From the NCBI RefSeq assembly GCF_037042905.1, contig NC_087245.1, positions 20,524,001-20,588,000 on the forward strand: DNA of 64,000 nt. The letters run 5' to 3'. This DNA is from Lytechinus pictus (taxonomy: Eukaryota). Below, in pieces: positions 1 to 14,695 of the stretch. A program made the translations under genes and the position numbers. The first letter of the stretch is position 1, and each line of letters starts with the position of its first letter. The notes below the pieces were generated by a model. The model was not told where the DNA came from. It ran no database searches and saw only the letters and a program-made list of their open reading frames with translations.

Positions 1-1654
1 AGCAAAAATAAGGTCCACAGCACATAGTTATTCTGAAAATACCCTCTATATCCATAATAATCTTGACCCCTATAAGCTACTTCGAATCCATCCATCTAAT
101 TGGCAGAGCACAATATTTGTTTTGAAAATCACTGATACGCCAAACATTTCATCAAACGCTCCCCTGTGTACTTAACAGGTGAGGGTTTATTTCTTTCTTC
201 ATGTTTTTTGGGGGGTGAGGGGAGGGAGGGACACACTCTCCTCTTCTTATCTCCTTGACAGACTTTAACAAAGAGCCATCTTAATGACCTTTGCTGTTTC
301 TTATCCTCAAATGAGTAAATCTGGATTATCGAGTGATAGATCAAACACAGTTTGTGTCCATGTCCATACTTGCTAAATTTCACAATGCTCAACTTTAAAG
401 AGAGGAATGTTCGATGTAGTCTGATCTATGCATACCACATGCAGTCCTCCAATTCTGGATCGCAAATGGATTAAATCTAGGGAAATCAATACCTCTTTAA
501 AGACTTTGGAGTAAATGAAGCAATACTACAGACAAGGAGATAATGATCAAGTATCTGTTTCTCTCAATCTGACCAGTTTTTCTCAGCACCAATTCTGATG
601 ATATCAAGAACTATCATCCATGGTGGCAACCCCCCCTGTTTTGCAAAATCTATTTAAAAAAAATCCACATTCCTGCATGTGAACTTTTACGATGAAAATA
701 TTTCACAAATGGTGCAAAATACATGATCGGTAGTACATGCGTGGGAAAGTTCTGGTACAGATTTATATCTCTGGCTGCATTTATATGACACTGTTTTACC
801 CTAGAAACAGTTTACAAAGACCTTGTTTCAAACCATGATTGTGTTCAGATAATCTTACTTCATCTGTACTTAAATATCTCTCAAAATGCGAACATGAAAT
901 GCTGAAAAGGATGTGTTTTGGAAGGAGATTCCGTAGAACCAAAATTGCTGAACATCGCTTAAATGCAAGAGAGATTGCAATCTTGATTATGATCGATATG
1001 ATGGACCCAATAAGGAAATACATTTCCATTGGCAATTGCAGACACTTCAACTTGACCTATGCTACCTAGGTCAAGTGACGACATGTACATGTGTAGACTT
1101 GAAATGAGAATCAGTGTGGATGAAAAATCACTTGAATGCTATATCCAGCAATGGTCGTGTTTTGGTTTAAATAATCTTTAATTCATGCTTGTGATTCCAG
1201 CTTAATAGAATTGACTGAACACATCTTCTTCACCCTCAACTCAGAACCCATAATGACACCATTCAAATTCCCACAGTAATCTGTATCGATTCTAATCCCA
1301 GATGGGAATGTATCATTTCTTTATCTGTCTGGACATGATATCTCATTTGTTTGTATATTTGAAGACTTCAGATGCAAAAGGCAGTGCACACCATTTTTGC
1401 TAAAAACACCCTTTTAAACATATTTTGTAGTTTATACTGACTTACATGTGGGAAAATTTTCTCAGTTACTCCAAATTTCCTGTAATGGAGGTTAGAACTT
1501 TAATTTCAAGATGGGTCCCTGTCTAACCAATACTTTGACATTTTAGAATCGAGTGCATAAATGTTTACTCCTTTTTCAACATCTATATCTGTCAGTCTGG
1601 CTGCAAATATATTTCTAGATATCCTTTCAATCTTCCACATTGTTGATTTGTTTC

Positions 1655-3494
1655 TTCTCATTGCATTGACGCCCAACGGCGACAATGCATTGTTCTTGTT
1701 CCGTATTCCTATTCCGTCGTCTTCTTCTTCTTCTTCTTCTTCTTCTTCTTCTTCTTCTTCTTCTTCCACAAAATCCCATTTGTTTAACACATGGTGTTTG
1801 TTAGCTCTGCCCTGGCTCCGTCCCTCATCCAAATTCATCCAAACTTGGTAGACATGTTGTCCAGCATCCCTAGTTGTGCCCCTCGTCTTTCTTTTTTCAA
1901 AATCACTCATGCATGACCATCTAGGCGCCATTTTGTAAATTTCAAGTCCATTTGCATACCATTACTAATCTCGTCCTAACTCCCGCATCCTGCATTCTAC
2001 AGACTTCTAACAAATTGCTATAGATAGTCAAAGAGTTGCCCCATCATTTGCGACGTATAACCTGACCTTCAAAATGCCATCTTCATGCCCTAAATTCAAA
2101 TCCGAAATAGCCTTCCTTCAAAAACGTCATATTTATTGAAATGTAAAGTAAAAAAATCGTAAAATGGCCATAAGTTTCTTGTTTTTATTCGTTTTGAGCT
2201 CATATTTTCAGGAATTGATACTAGTACAATATCATACATAGGAATTAGTTTTCACGCATCACTTAATTTCCGTTACTGAAATAGCGCCCTCTAAAGTTTA
2301 AAAAACGCTTATCTTTGAATGCTCCTCATTGCGTCATGCATGGCCAAACCCGTACCCTTTTTTAGATTTAGGGTGTTCAAGATATGCCCTTTCATGCCAT
2401 TTAGAAAAAAATATACCTTACCACTGACGAAATATCTGAAAAATGCTCCCGAAAATCAGCAAAATACGCAAAAATGCACTATAATGCCAGCACAACTTCA
2501 ACTTGCTCTTATTTCCTTATTATTGAAGCTTATCCTTTCTAACTTGGCAGATATGAGTATTGATATATACTCTAACCGTTCGTCAACCTTTTGTAACAGA
2601 AACTGACAAAAATCTGACGTCAGCTTAAAATTATTGTGCAAAACCTTCATTTTTAATGTCTTTCTTTATATGGCATTTACTTCCGGTCTATTGCTTGAGC
2701 ACAAAAAAAGTGGTATTAATGTCACCGCATTGGAATGCTCTTTCCAGTGATACCAAATATGACATAGGTTACAACAGAAAATTTCAAGATAAGCCAATCT
2801 GAACAAATTGTATACTACTCAGAATGCACACATTATCAATAACATAATTGTATACAATGTCTATGGCATAACGTATTATGCATGCACATCGTTCTGATAC
2901 GTATACTTTACACTGAGTTACGTTAATGAACTGTCAGGGAAATTTGTAGCTTATTCATATCACTCTCTCTGTGTCTTTCTATCCCTTCTCTCTCTTTGTT
3001 GAGCGGCCATTTTGTCTAAAAATTGACGAAATCTGTTTGACTCGAGAATGTAACTTCCTATGGAGGGCACAATGTACCAAAATCCACTTTGATTAACATG
3101 TAATTTTTGTTAGTCCTCCCCTGCCTCCGCTCCTCATCCAAATTCATTCCGATTTGGTAGACATGTTGTCCATGATGCATTATTGTGTACCTCTTATTTC
3201 ATTTTCTAAAATCATTCATGCATGACAGTGCATGCGCCATTTTGAGTGAGTGACATCATCATCTTTCTCATTTGGATGTAACTGGCTCGTTCATATAACT
3301 ATTTTGTTAAAAATAAGCAAAACTTTGAAATGTCATAACTTTCTTATTTTACATCCGATTTTGATGAAATTTTCAGCATTATGCTTGTCAGATTTTCCCT
3401 ATTGATTCCAATCAAGATTTTTCTGAGGTGGACTTGACCTTTCAATCAGACGCGTCAATGCATGCACATCGTTCGGAAACGATTGCAGTTCTAG
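1655..3494 (+). mobile_element. Non-autonomous Helitron/Helentron-type element, copy 1
   Basis: Subterminal inverted repeat GCATTGACGC (~1663) / GCGTCAATGC (~3452), (TTC)n microsatellite near the 5' end, 3' hairpin ATCGTT-cgga-AACGAT then CTAG|T. Confidence 0.68.
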
Positions 3495-5569
3495 TCTTCT
3501 TCTTCTTCTTCTTCCACAAAATCCCATTTGTTTAACACATGGTGTTTGTTAGCTCTGCCCTGGCTCCGTCCCTCATCCAAATTCATCCAAACTTGGTAGA
3601 CATGTTGTCCAGCATCCCTAGTTGTGCCCCTCGTCTTCTTTTTTTCAAAATCACTCATGCATGACCATCTAGGCGCCATTTTGTAAATTTCAAGTCCATT
3701 TGCATACCATTACTAATCTCGTCCTAACTCCCGCATCCTGCATTCTACAGACTTCTAACAAATTGCTATAGATAGTCAAAGAGTTGCCCCATCATTTGCG
3801 ACGTATAACCTGACCTTCAAAATGCCATCTTCATGCCCTAAATTCAAATCCGAAATAGCCTTCCTTCAAAAACTTCATATTTATTGAAATGTAAAGTAAA
3901 AAAATCGTAAAATGGCCATAACTTTCTTGTTTTTATTCAATTCGAGCTCATATATTCAGAAAATGATATTGGCAACATATCATACTTACGACATAGTTTT
4001 CACGCATCATTGATCTTCCGGTATTGAAATACCGCCCTCTAAAGTTTCAAAAACGCTTACCTTTGAATGCTCCTCATTGCGTCATGCATGGCCAAACCCG
4101 TACCCTTTTTTAGATTTAGTGTGTTCAAGATATGCCCTTTCATGCCATTTAGAAAAATATATACCTTACCACTGACGAAATATCTGAAAAATGCTCCCGA
4201 AAATCAGCAAAATACGCAAAAATGCACTACAATGCCAGCACAACTTCAACTTGCTCTTATATCCTTATTATTGAAGCTTATTCTTTCTAACTTGGCAGAT
4301 ATGAGTATTGATATATTCTTCAACCGTTTATTAACCTTTTGTAACAGAAACTGACAAAAATCTGACGTCAGCTTAAATTTATTGTGAAAAACTGTCATTT
4401 TTAATGTCTTTCTTTATATGGCATTTACTTCCGGTCTATTGCTTGCGCTCAAATAAAAGTGGTATCAATGTCACCGCATTGGAATGCTCTTTCTAGTGAT
4501 ACCAAATACGTCTTAGGTTACAACAGAAAATTTCAAGATAAGTCAATCTGAACACATGGTATACTACTCACAATGCACACATTATCAACAATAGAATTGT
4601 ACACAATGTCTATAGCATAACGTATTATGCATGCACATCGTTCTGCTATGTACTTTACACTGAGTTACGTTTATAATGAACTGTCAGGGAAATTTGTATC
4701 CTAACTCCCGCATCCTGCATGCTACCAACTTTTAACAAATTGCAGTAGATTGTTTAAGAGTTGCTCTCTCATATAAGAATCACGACTTGGCCTTTAAAAT
4801 GCCGTCTTCTTGCCCTAAATTCAAATCCAAAATAGTCTACGTTCAAAATGTTCATATTTATTGAAATGCAAATTAGGAAAATCGTAAAATGGCCATAACT
4901 TTCTTGTTTTTATTCACTTCCGTCTTATATTTTTATGGTTTACTAATGGTATCTTCCTTTACAACTCAATAAATTTTTACGCATCAGTGACTGTTCAATT
5001 TTCAAATAGCGCCCTCTATTGCAAAGTCAACAAATAATAAAATGACAATAACTTTGTTGTTATCATTCATTTTGGTCTTTTATTTTCAGGGCTGGCTTAT
5101 GATATCATCCTTCATAATCCATATTCTTTTTACGCATCTGTGACAATTACATTTAGAAATAGCGCCCTCTATTGCAAACTAAAGAAATTTTAAAATGGTC
5201 ATAAGTTCCTTGTTCTCATTCATTTCGGTTTCATATTTTCAGGGTATGCTTATTATATCATTCCACATAATCCACATGTGTTGTACGCATCAGTGACCAT
5301 TACCTTTACAAAATAGTGAGTGAGTGACATCATCAACTCTCTCATTTGGATGTAACTGGCTCGTTCATATAACTATTTTGTTTAAAATAAGCGAAACTTT
5401 GAAATGTCATAACTTTCTTATTTTACATCCGATTTTGATGAAAATTTCAGCATTGTGCTTGTCCGATTTTTCCCTATTGATTCAAATCAACATTTTTCTG
5501 AGGTGGACTTGACCTTTAAATCAGACACGTCAATGCATGCACATCGTAATGAAACGATTGCAGTTCTAG
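3495..5569 (+). mobile_element. Non-autonomous Helitron/Helentron-type element, copy 2 (5'-truncated, directly abutting copy 1)
   Basis: 3495-~4700 is near-identical to ~1750-2950; same 3' end (cgtcaatgcatgcacatcgt...aacgattgcagttCTAG|T). Confidence 0.7.
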
Positions 5570-6652
5570 TCTATACTTATCTTTATTTCTAATATATTGT
5601 CCATCCCCACCCCAACCCAGCCATCTGTCTCTCTCTTTGTCTTTATCCCATTTCCCAAATTACACATCCCTCTGAAACTCCTTCTCTATTAAAGTCGTAA
5701 CTTTATCTCTCCTTCTTCGACTGTTTATTTCATTCCTTTTCCTTTCATTATTTTCCTATCCATTTTCTCCCGCTAACCCTCTTTCTTTTAATCCATCTAT
5801 CAACCATCTGAATTATAATTCGACCCTTCTATCTACCCCTCCCTCTTTTCTCACCCCCCCCCCCCCCCCCTCTCTTCTTCTTCTCTCCTTTCCCTCATTT
5901 CCTCACACACTCTCACTCTCTCCCACTCTCTCCCAACTTTAATGGAAATGAACTTGAGCAGTAGGCCACAAATGGGCTTATTGATTGATGAATGTCAACA
6001 TACCCAGGTAGTCTCTCTATAACGACACCCTATAACAGATGGCCCGGTCAACCGGAGTGTCTTTTTATGCATGCGTATCTCTCCGTCTTAAATCGTCCAG
6101 CCCTGGTGATCGTGCCTCATTAAATTGTAACTGGTTTCCCAATGCACAACTTGGCAGATCTTGAACTTCTCTCACTGATCACAAGCATCTTTCATTACCA
6201 ATTTTTTTGCCCTTGCCTTGTTCCAGTTGTTTTATGTTCTGTATTCAATCACCCTGCTATTTTCAAAATTGGCGTTTATTTTACTCCTTATAACCTTCGT
6301 CTAACATTTGTCCTCCTATTGCTGTAAAACTCAAAATCAACTACTCCCCATCAGCCTTCTTTCCACTCTCTCCCTCTCTTCCCATCTCTCTCTTTCTCTC
6401 TCCTTTATTTCTCCCCTATTTTAACCCGGGATTCACACCAGAAATTAGAGTATTGACTGATGACTATCATCATCATGCCGATAGTCTTTATATCCGTGCT
6501 ATGCGTGCACATAACACATAGCAATGCCAGGTATCACCCAATTTTTGCGTAAACCTAGTGTATTATGATTTCTTTTCCTTTTTTCTGAGAATATCTCCTC
6601 AACATTTCACGTTTATCTAATCATTTTTAATATACAAAAAAAAGTACATTAA

Positions 6653-7214
6653 AGGGGTGGTCCAGGGTGGAAATATTTATATCTCAATAAAATTTGATCA
6701 AAATCGGATAACAAATAACAAAGTTATTGAATTGTAAGGACTTGCATTATTCCGGTGAAACAGTTGTAGGCATGTCTTTATGAATATTCATTAGGTGGGC
6801 TGATGATGTCACATCCCCACTTGTTCTTTTGTATTTTATTATAGGAAATTAGGTTTATTCAAAGTTTTTCTACCAAGAACCAAAACAATTGGATTGACAA
6901 CTGATTAAGTGCATTAGTTATTTATTGCCGCAACTTATTTCATCATAATGGGGACACATCATTTACACATGTATGAAAAAATGAAAAATTTATGATTTCA
7001 TGTAATAACTTAAGAAAAAGGAAAGTAGAGATGTGACATCATCAGCCCACCTAATGAATATTCATGACAATGTGCATATAACCTTTTTCACAAAATATTG
7101 ATAGATTTTAACTTTGTTATTTGTTATCCGATTTTGATGAAATTTTCAGCAGCTTGCTTTGTGAATTTCACTCTATTTATTTAGATATAAATATTTTCAG
7201 CCTGGACCATCCCT
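6653..7214. mobile_element. Kolobok-type MITE, TTAA TSD
   Basis: TTAA|AGGGGTGGTCCAGG...CCTGGACCATCCCT|TTAA with long imperfect inverted arms. Confidence 0.88.
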
Positions 7215-8129
7215 TTAAAAGTAAATACTATGACGGTTTGGCACTACAAGCATAATCTTTAAGACAAAACATCGGACTGACCAAACAGCATATTCCTTTC
7301 CACCATTCAATGAAAATGAAATGCTTCATAATTGACAAATAAACCCCTCGCTCGCCCCGAGGCCCTCGTCATTAGCATGCATGTTGCGCACACCTGACAA
7401 TCAAGCTTTCTCTCACATTTTATTTTGCATCACTAGTTTATTCCCTTGGAACACATCATCCAATATGTTTTCTTCATTATCCTTTTCCCTGTTTTTTCCT
7501 ACCTCTATCTTTGTGGCAAATAGTACTTTCCGTTTGGGATCGATTAGAATAGGCATTATTAGATTGGTCTACATGTATTCCTTGTGTGGATAGTATCAAA
7601 AATTTAATTTGTCACCTATAAATGTATATCATTATCATAATAAAATGGAAATAAGTCAAAAGCTTTTGTTTTAATGACTTTTAACGATTTTTAGTGCTTC
7701 CTTGTATAAAATAACAGCAACATAGGCCTAGCCGTGTAGTTCAATTTCAAACATTACAAAGATTCAGAGTAACAAAATTAATTCAAGGCTGAACTTAACA
7801 TATACATGCTAATATACATAGAAAATATACTCTCCATTGCTTGCTTTCATGAAATTTCCCTTCATGATAAATCTACTGAAACTTATTGCATAGATAGTGA
7901 ATGCACATATACTGAAACTTCAAAACAAGGCTACTATGTACAATTACATGAAACAACAAATTATTCAAGTATCACCGTCTTTCACCGATAAAATAACAAG
8001 ACATCAATGTACACCTTGCCGCTCTAAGTCCAGGCATTAATTGGGTACCTGGTAGAATGTGAAAACCCAAGTAGATGTCTGCATTTAACAGTTTACAATG
8101 TAAGCTGTTGCTATTATGTAGAAAACTTT

Positions 8130-11100
8130 TAAGGAGCAGAGCCCAGAAGGCACATAATTCACAGGCCGAAATCTTCCAGCCAGAATCTACTTCTACTGCG
8201 CATTAAATATTTAATAAAAATATATAAAAATCTGACTGGGCGTGGCTGTTCACCTAAAGGGGCAAAGCCCAGTAGGCACATAATTCACAGGCCACCATCT
8301 CCTAGCCAGAATCTACTAAAACAAAGTAAACTATAAAAATATTACTGCATAATCTGAATGAGGATGGCTGTTTAACTACCATTTAAAGAGCAAGGCCAGG
8401 CAAGCTCATAATGTAAATTATTTTATAACAAAAATATTTAAATCTGACTGGGCATGGCCGTTTTGCTACATGTAGAATACTTAAGGAGCAAAGCCTGGCA
8501 GGCACATAATTCACGGGCAAAATCTCCCAGCCAGAATCTTCTTCAACTGTGCATTATTCTCTTTAATAAAAAATATATAAAAATCTGACTTGGCATGGCC
8601 GTTCACCTACAGTTTAAGGGGCAAAGCCCAGTAGGAACATAATTAACAGGCCACCATCTCCTAGCCAGAATCTACTAAAACAAAGTAAACTCTAAAAATA
8701 TAATTCTATAATCTGATTGAGCATGGCTGCTAACCGTTTATAAACGGCAAGGCCAGGCAAGCTCATAATTTATAGGCTACTATTTCCCAGCCAGAACCTA
8801 CTTTAGCTATGCATTATGTAAATTATTTTATAACAAAATTTTAAAATCTGACTGGGCATGGCTGTTCACCTACAGTTTAAGGGCAAAACCCGGTAGGCAC
8901 ACTATTCACAGGCAACCATCTCCTAGCCAGAAACTACTGAACTATGTATTATGTGAAATACAAAATTTATAAAAATCTGACCTGGGCCTTGCCATTCACC
9001 TACAGTTTAAGGGGCAAAGCCCGGTAGGCACATAATTCACAGGCCACCATCTCCCAGCCAGAATCTACTAAAACAAAGTAAACTCTAAAAATATAATTCT
9101 ATAATCTGATTGAGCATGGCTGCTAACCGTTTATAAACGGCAAGGCCAGGCAAGCTCATAATTTATAGGCCACTATTTCCCAGCCAGAATCTACTCCAAC
9201 TATGTATTCTAAATTAATTTTTAAAATGTACAAAAATCTGACTTGGCATGGCCGTTCACCTACAATTTAAGGGGCAAAGCCCGGTAGGCACATAATTCAC
9301 AGGCCACCATCTCCCAGCCAGAATCTACTCCAACTATGTATTCTAAATTAATTTTTTAAATGTACAAAAATCTGACTGGGCATGGCCGTTCACCTACAGT
9401 TTAAGGGGCAAAGCCCGGTAGGCACATAATTCACAGGCCACCATCTCCCAGCCAGAATCTACTCCAACTATGTATTCTAAATTAATTTTTAAAATGTAAG
9501 AGAATCTGACTGGGCATGGCCTTTTACCTACAATTTAAGGGGCAAAGCCCAGTAGGCACATAATTCACAGGCCACCATCTCCCATCCAGAATCTACTTCA
9601 ACTATGTACTATGTTATATAAGTATAAAAATCTGACTGGGCATGGCCGTTCACCTACAGTTTAAGGGGCAAAGCCCGGTAGGCACATAATTCACAGGCCA
9701 CCATCTCCCAGCCAGAATCGACTCCAACTATGTATTCTAAATTAATTTTTAAAATGTACAAAAATCTGACTGGGCATGGCCGTTCACCTACAGTTTAAGG
9801 GGCAAAGCCCAGTAGGCACATAATTAACAGGCCACCATCTCCTAGCCAGAATCTACTAAAACAAAGTAAACTCTAAAAATATAATTCTATAATCTGATTG
9901 AGCATGGCTGCTAACCGTTTATAAACGGCAAGGCCAGGCAAGCTCATAATTTATAGGCCACTATTTCCCAGCCAGAATCTACTCCAACTATGTATTCTAA
10001 ATTAATTTTTAAAATGTACAAAAATCTGACTGGGCATGGCCGTTCACCTACAGTTTAAGGGGCAAAGCCCGGTAGGCACATAATTCACAGGCCACCATCT
10101 CCCAGCCAGAATCTACTCCAACTATGTATCATAAATTAATTTTTTAAATGTACAAAAATCTGACTGGGCATGGCCGTTCACCTACAGTTTACGGGGCAAA
10201 GCCCGGTAGGCACATAATTCACAGGCCACCATCTCCCAGCCAGAATGTATGTAAACTATGTATTGTAAATTAATTTTTTAAATGTACAAAAATCTGACTG
10301 GGCATGGCCGTTCACCTACAATTTAAGGGGCAAAGCCCAGTAGGCACATAATTCACTGGCCACCATCTCCCATCCAGAATCTACTTCAACTATGTACTCT
10401 GTTATATAAGTATAAAAATCTGCCTGGGCATGGCCGTTCACCTACAGTTTAAGGGGCAAAGCACGGTAGGCACATAATTCACAGGCCACCATCTCCCAGC
10501 CAGAATCTACTCCAACTATGTATTCTAAATTAATTTTTAAAATGTACAAAAATCTGACTGGGCATGGCCGTTCACCTACAATTTAAGGGGCAAAGCCCAG
10601 TAGGGACATAATCACAGGCCACCATCTCCCATCCAGAATCTACTTCAACTATGTATTATGTTATATATGCAAAAAAATCTGATTGGGCATGGCCGTTCAC
10701 CTACAGTTTAAGGGGCAAAGCCCGGTAGGCACATAATTCACAGGCCACCATCTCCCAGCCAGAATCTTCTCCAACCATGTATTCTAAATTAATTTTTAAA
10801 ATGTATAAAAATCTGACTGGGCATGGCCGTTTACCTACAGTTTAAGGGGCATAGCCCAGTAGGCACATAATTCACAGGCCACCATCTCCCAGCCAGAATC
10901 TACTTCAACTAGTATGTATTATGTTATATATGCAAAAATATCTGATTGGGCATGGCCGTTCACCTACAATTTAAGGAGCAAAGCCCGGTAGGCACATAAT
11001 TCACAGGCCACCATCTCCCAGCCAGAATCTACTCCAACTATGTATTCTAAATTAATTTTTAAAATGTACAAAAATCTGACTGGGCATGGCCGTTCACCTA

Positions 11101-14100
11101 CAATTTAAGGAGCAAAGCCCGGTAGGCACATAATTCACAGGCCACCATCTCCCAGCCAGAATCTACTCCAACTATGTATTCTAAATTAATTTTTAAAATG
11201 TATAAAAATCTGACTGGGCATGGCCGTTCACCTACAGTTTAAGGGGCAAAGCCCGGTAGGCACATAATTCACAGGCCACCATCTCCAAGCCAGAATCTTC
11301 TCCAACCATGTATTCGAAATTAATTTTTAAAATGCATAAGAATCTGACTGGGCATGGCCGTTCACCTACAATTTAAGGGGCATAGCCCAGTAGGCACATA
11401 ATTCACAGGCCACCATCTCCCAGCCAGAATCTACTTCAACTAGTATGTATTATGTTATATATGCAAAAATATCTGATTGGGCATGGCCGCTCACCTACAA
11501 TTTAAGGAGCAAAGCCCGGTAGGCACATAATTCACAGGCCACCATCTCCCAGCCAGAATCTACTCCAACTATGTATTCTAAATTAATTTTTTAAATGTAC
11601 AAAAATCTGACTGGGCAAGGCCGTTCACCTACAGTTTAAGGGGCAAAGCCCGGTAGGCACATAATTCACAGGCCACTATCTCCCAGCCAGAATCTACTTC
11701 AACTATGTATTATGTTATATATGCAAAAAAATCTGATTGGGCATGGCCGCTCACCTACAATTTAAGGAGCAAAGCCCGGTAGCCACATAATTTACAGGCC
11801 ACCATCTCCCATCCAGAATCTACTTCAACTATGTATTCTAAATTAATTTTTAAAATGTACAAAAATCTGACTGGGCATGGCTGTTTACCTACAATTTTAT
11901 TTAAGGGGCAAAGCCTGGTAGGCACATAATTCACAGGCCACCATCTCCCATCCAGAATCTACTTCAACTATGTATTCTAAATTAATTTTTAAAATGTACA
12001 AAAATCTGACTGGGCATGGCCGTTCACCTACAATTTAAGGGGCAAAGCCCAGTAGGAACATAATCACAGGCCACCATCTCCCATCCAGAATCTACTTCAA
12101 CTATGTATTATGTTATATATGCAAAAAAATCTGATTGGGCATGGCCGCTCACCTACATTTTAAGGAGCAAAGCCCGGTAGGCACATAATTCACAGGCCAC
12201 CATCTCCCAGCCAGAATCTACTCCAACTATGTATTCTAAATTAATTTTTAAAATGTATAAAAATCTGACTGGGCATGGCCGTTCACCTACAGTTTAAGGG
12301 GCAAAGCCCGGTAGGCACATAATTCACAGGCCACCATCTCCCAGCCAGAATCTACTCCAACTATGTATTCTAAATTAATTTTTAAAATGTACAAAAATCT
12401 GACTGGGCAAGGCCGTTCACCTACAGTTTAAGGGGCAAAGCCCGGTAGGCACATAATTCACAGGCCACTATCTCCCAGCCAGAATCTACTTCAACTATGT
12501 ATTATGTTATATATGCAAAGAAATCTGATTGGGCATGGCCGTTCACCTACATTTTAAAGGGCAAAGCCCGGTAGGCACATAATTCACAGGCCACCATCTC
12601 CCAGCCAGAATCTACTCCAACTACGTATTCTAAATTAATTTTTTAAATGTACAAAAATCTGACTGGGCATGGCCGTTCACCTACAGTTTAAGGGGCAAAG
12701 CCCGGTAGGCACATAATTCACAGGCCACTATCTCTCAGCCAGAATCTACTTCAACTATGTATTATGTTATATATGCAAAAAAATCTGATTGGGCATGGCC
12801 GCTCACCTACAATTTAAGGAGCAAAGCCCGGTAGGCACATAATTTACAGGCCACCATCTCCCATCCAGAATCTACTTCAACTATGTATTCTAAATTAATT
12901 TTTAAAATGTACAAAAATCTGACTGGGCATGGCTGTTTACCTACAATTTAAGGGGCAAAGCCTGGTAGGCACATAATTCACAGGCCACCATCTTCCATCC
13001 AGAATCTACTCCAACTATGTATTCTAAATTAATTTTTTAAATGTATAAAAATCTGACTGGGCATGGCCGTTCACCTACAGTTTAAGGGGCAAAGCCCGGT
13101 AGGCACATAATTCACAGGCCACCATCTCCCAGCCAGAATCTTCTCCAACCATGTATTCTAAATTAATTTTTAAAATGCATAAGAATCTGACTGGGCATGG
13201 CCGTTCACCTACAATTTAAGGGGCATAGCCCAGTAGGCACATAATTCACAGGCCACCATCTCCCAGCCAGAATCTACTTCAACTAGTATGTATTATGTTA
13301 TATATGCAAAAATATCTGATTGGGCATGGCCGCTCACCTACAATTTAAGGAGCAAAGCCCGGTAGGCACATAATTCACAGGCCACCATCTCCCAGCCAGA
13401 ATCTACTCCAACTATGTATTCTAAATTAATTTTTAAAATGTACATAAAATCTGACTGGGCAAGGCCGTTCACCTACAGTTTAAGGGGCAAAGCCCGGTAG
13501 GCACATAATTCACAGGCCACTATCTCCCAGCCAGAATCTACTTCAACTATGTATTATGTTATATATATGCAAAAAAATCTGATTGGGCATGGCCGCTCAC
13601 CTACAATTTAAGGAGCAAAGCCCGGTAGGCACATAATTTACAGGCCACCATCTCCCATCCAGAATCTACTTCAACTATGTATTCTAAATTAATTTTTAAA
13701 ATGTACAAAAATCTGACTGGGCATGGCTGTTTACCTACAATTTAAGGGGCAAAGCCTGGTAGGCACATAATTTACAGGCCACCATCTCCCAACCAGAATC
13801 TACTCCAACTATGTATTCTAAATTAATTTTTAAAATGTACAAAAATCTGACTGGGCATGGCCGTTCACCTACAGTTTAAGGGGCAAAGCCCAGTAGGAAC
13901 ATAATCACAGGCCACCATCCCCCATCCAGAATCTACTTCAACTATGTACTATGTTATATAAGTATAAAAATCTGACTGGGCATGGCCGTTCACCTACAGT
14001 TTAAGGGGCAAAGCCCGGTAGGCACATAATTCACAGGCCACCATCTCCCATCCAGAATCTACTTCAACTATGTAATATGTTATATAAGTATAAAAATCTG

Positions 14101-14695
14101 ACTGGGCATGGCAGTTCACCTACAATTTTTGGGGCAAAGCCCAGTAGGCACATAATTCACAGGCCACCATCTCCCATCCAGAATCTACTTCAACTATGTA
14201 CTACAGTATGTTATATAAGTATAAAAATCTGACTGGGCATGGCCGTTCACCTACAGTTTAAGGGGCAAAGCCCGGTAGGCACATAATTCACAGGCCACCA
14301 TCTCCCATCCAGAATCTACTTCAACTATGTAATATGTTATATAAGTATAAAAATCTGACTGGGCATGGCAGTTCACCTACAATTTTTGGGGCAAAGCCCA
14401 GTAGGCACATAATTCACAGGCCACCATCTCCCATCCAGAATCTACTTCAACTATGTACTATGTTATATATGTATAAAAATCTGACTGGGCATGGCCGTTC
14501 ACCTACAGTTTAAGGGGCAAAGCCCGGTAGGCACATAATTCACAGGCCACCATCTCCCAGCCAGAATCAACTTCAACTACGAAACTATGTATGTAAAATA
14601 AAAATTTAATGTATAAAAATCTGACTGGGCCAGGCAGTTCACCTAAGGGGCAAAGCCCAGTAGGCACATAATTCACAGGCCATCATCTCCCATAA
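8130..14695. repeat. Tandem satellite, ~126-134-bp unit, ~50 copies
   Basis: Core AATCTGACTGGGCATGGCCGTTCACCTACAGTTTAAGGGGCAAAGCCCGGTAGGCACATAATTCACAGGCCACCATCTCCCAGCCAGAATCTAC plus a variable AT-rich linker; measured spacings 9245-9379-9513-9639. Confidence 0.97.

Noticed and set aside
1506..1931. 141-aa poly-Glu ORF and the antisense poly-Ser ORF
   Set aside because: Products of a (TTC)n microsatellite inside a repeat.
2319..4354. Duplicated 95-aa ORFs as paralogous genes
   Set aside because: They lie in the duplicated Helitron-like element and have no recognisable domain.
8130..14695. Tandem ncRNA gene array (5S, snRNA, tRNA) or CRISPR
   Set aside because: No recognisable 5S/tRNA/snRNA sequence or promoter boxes; the linkers recur.
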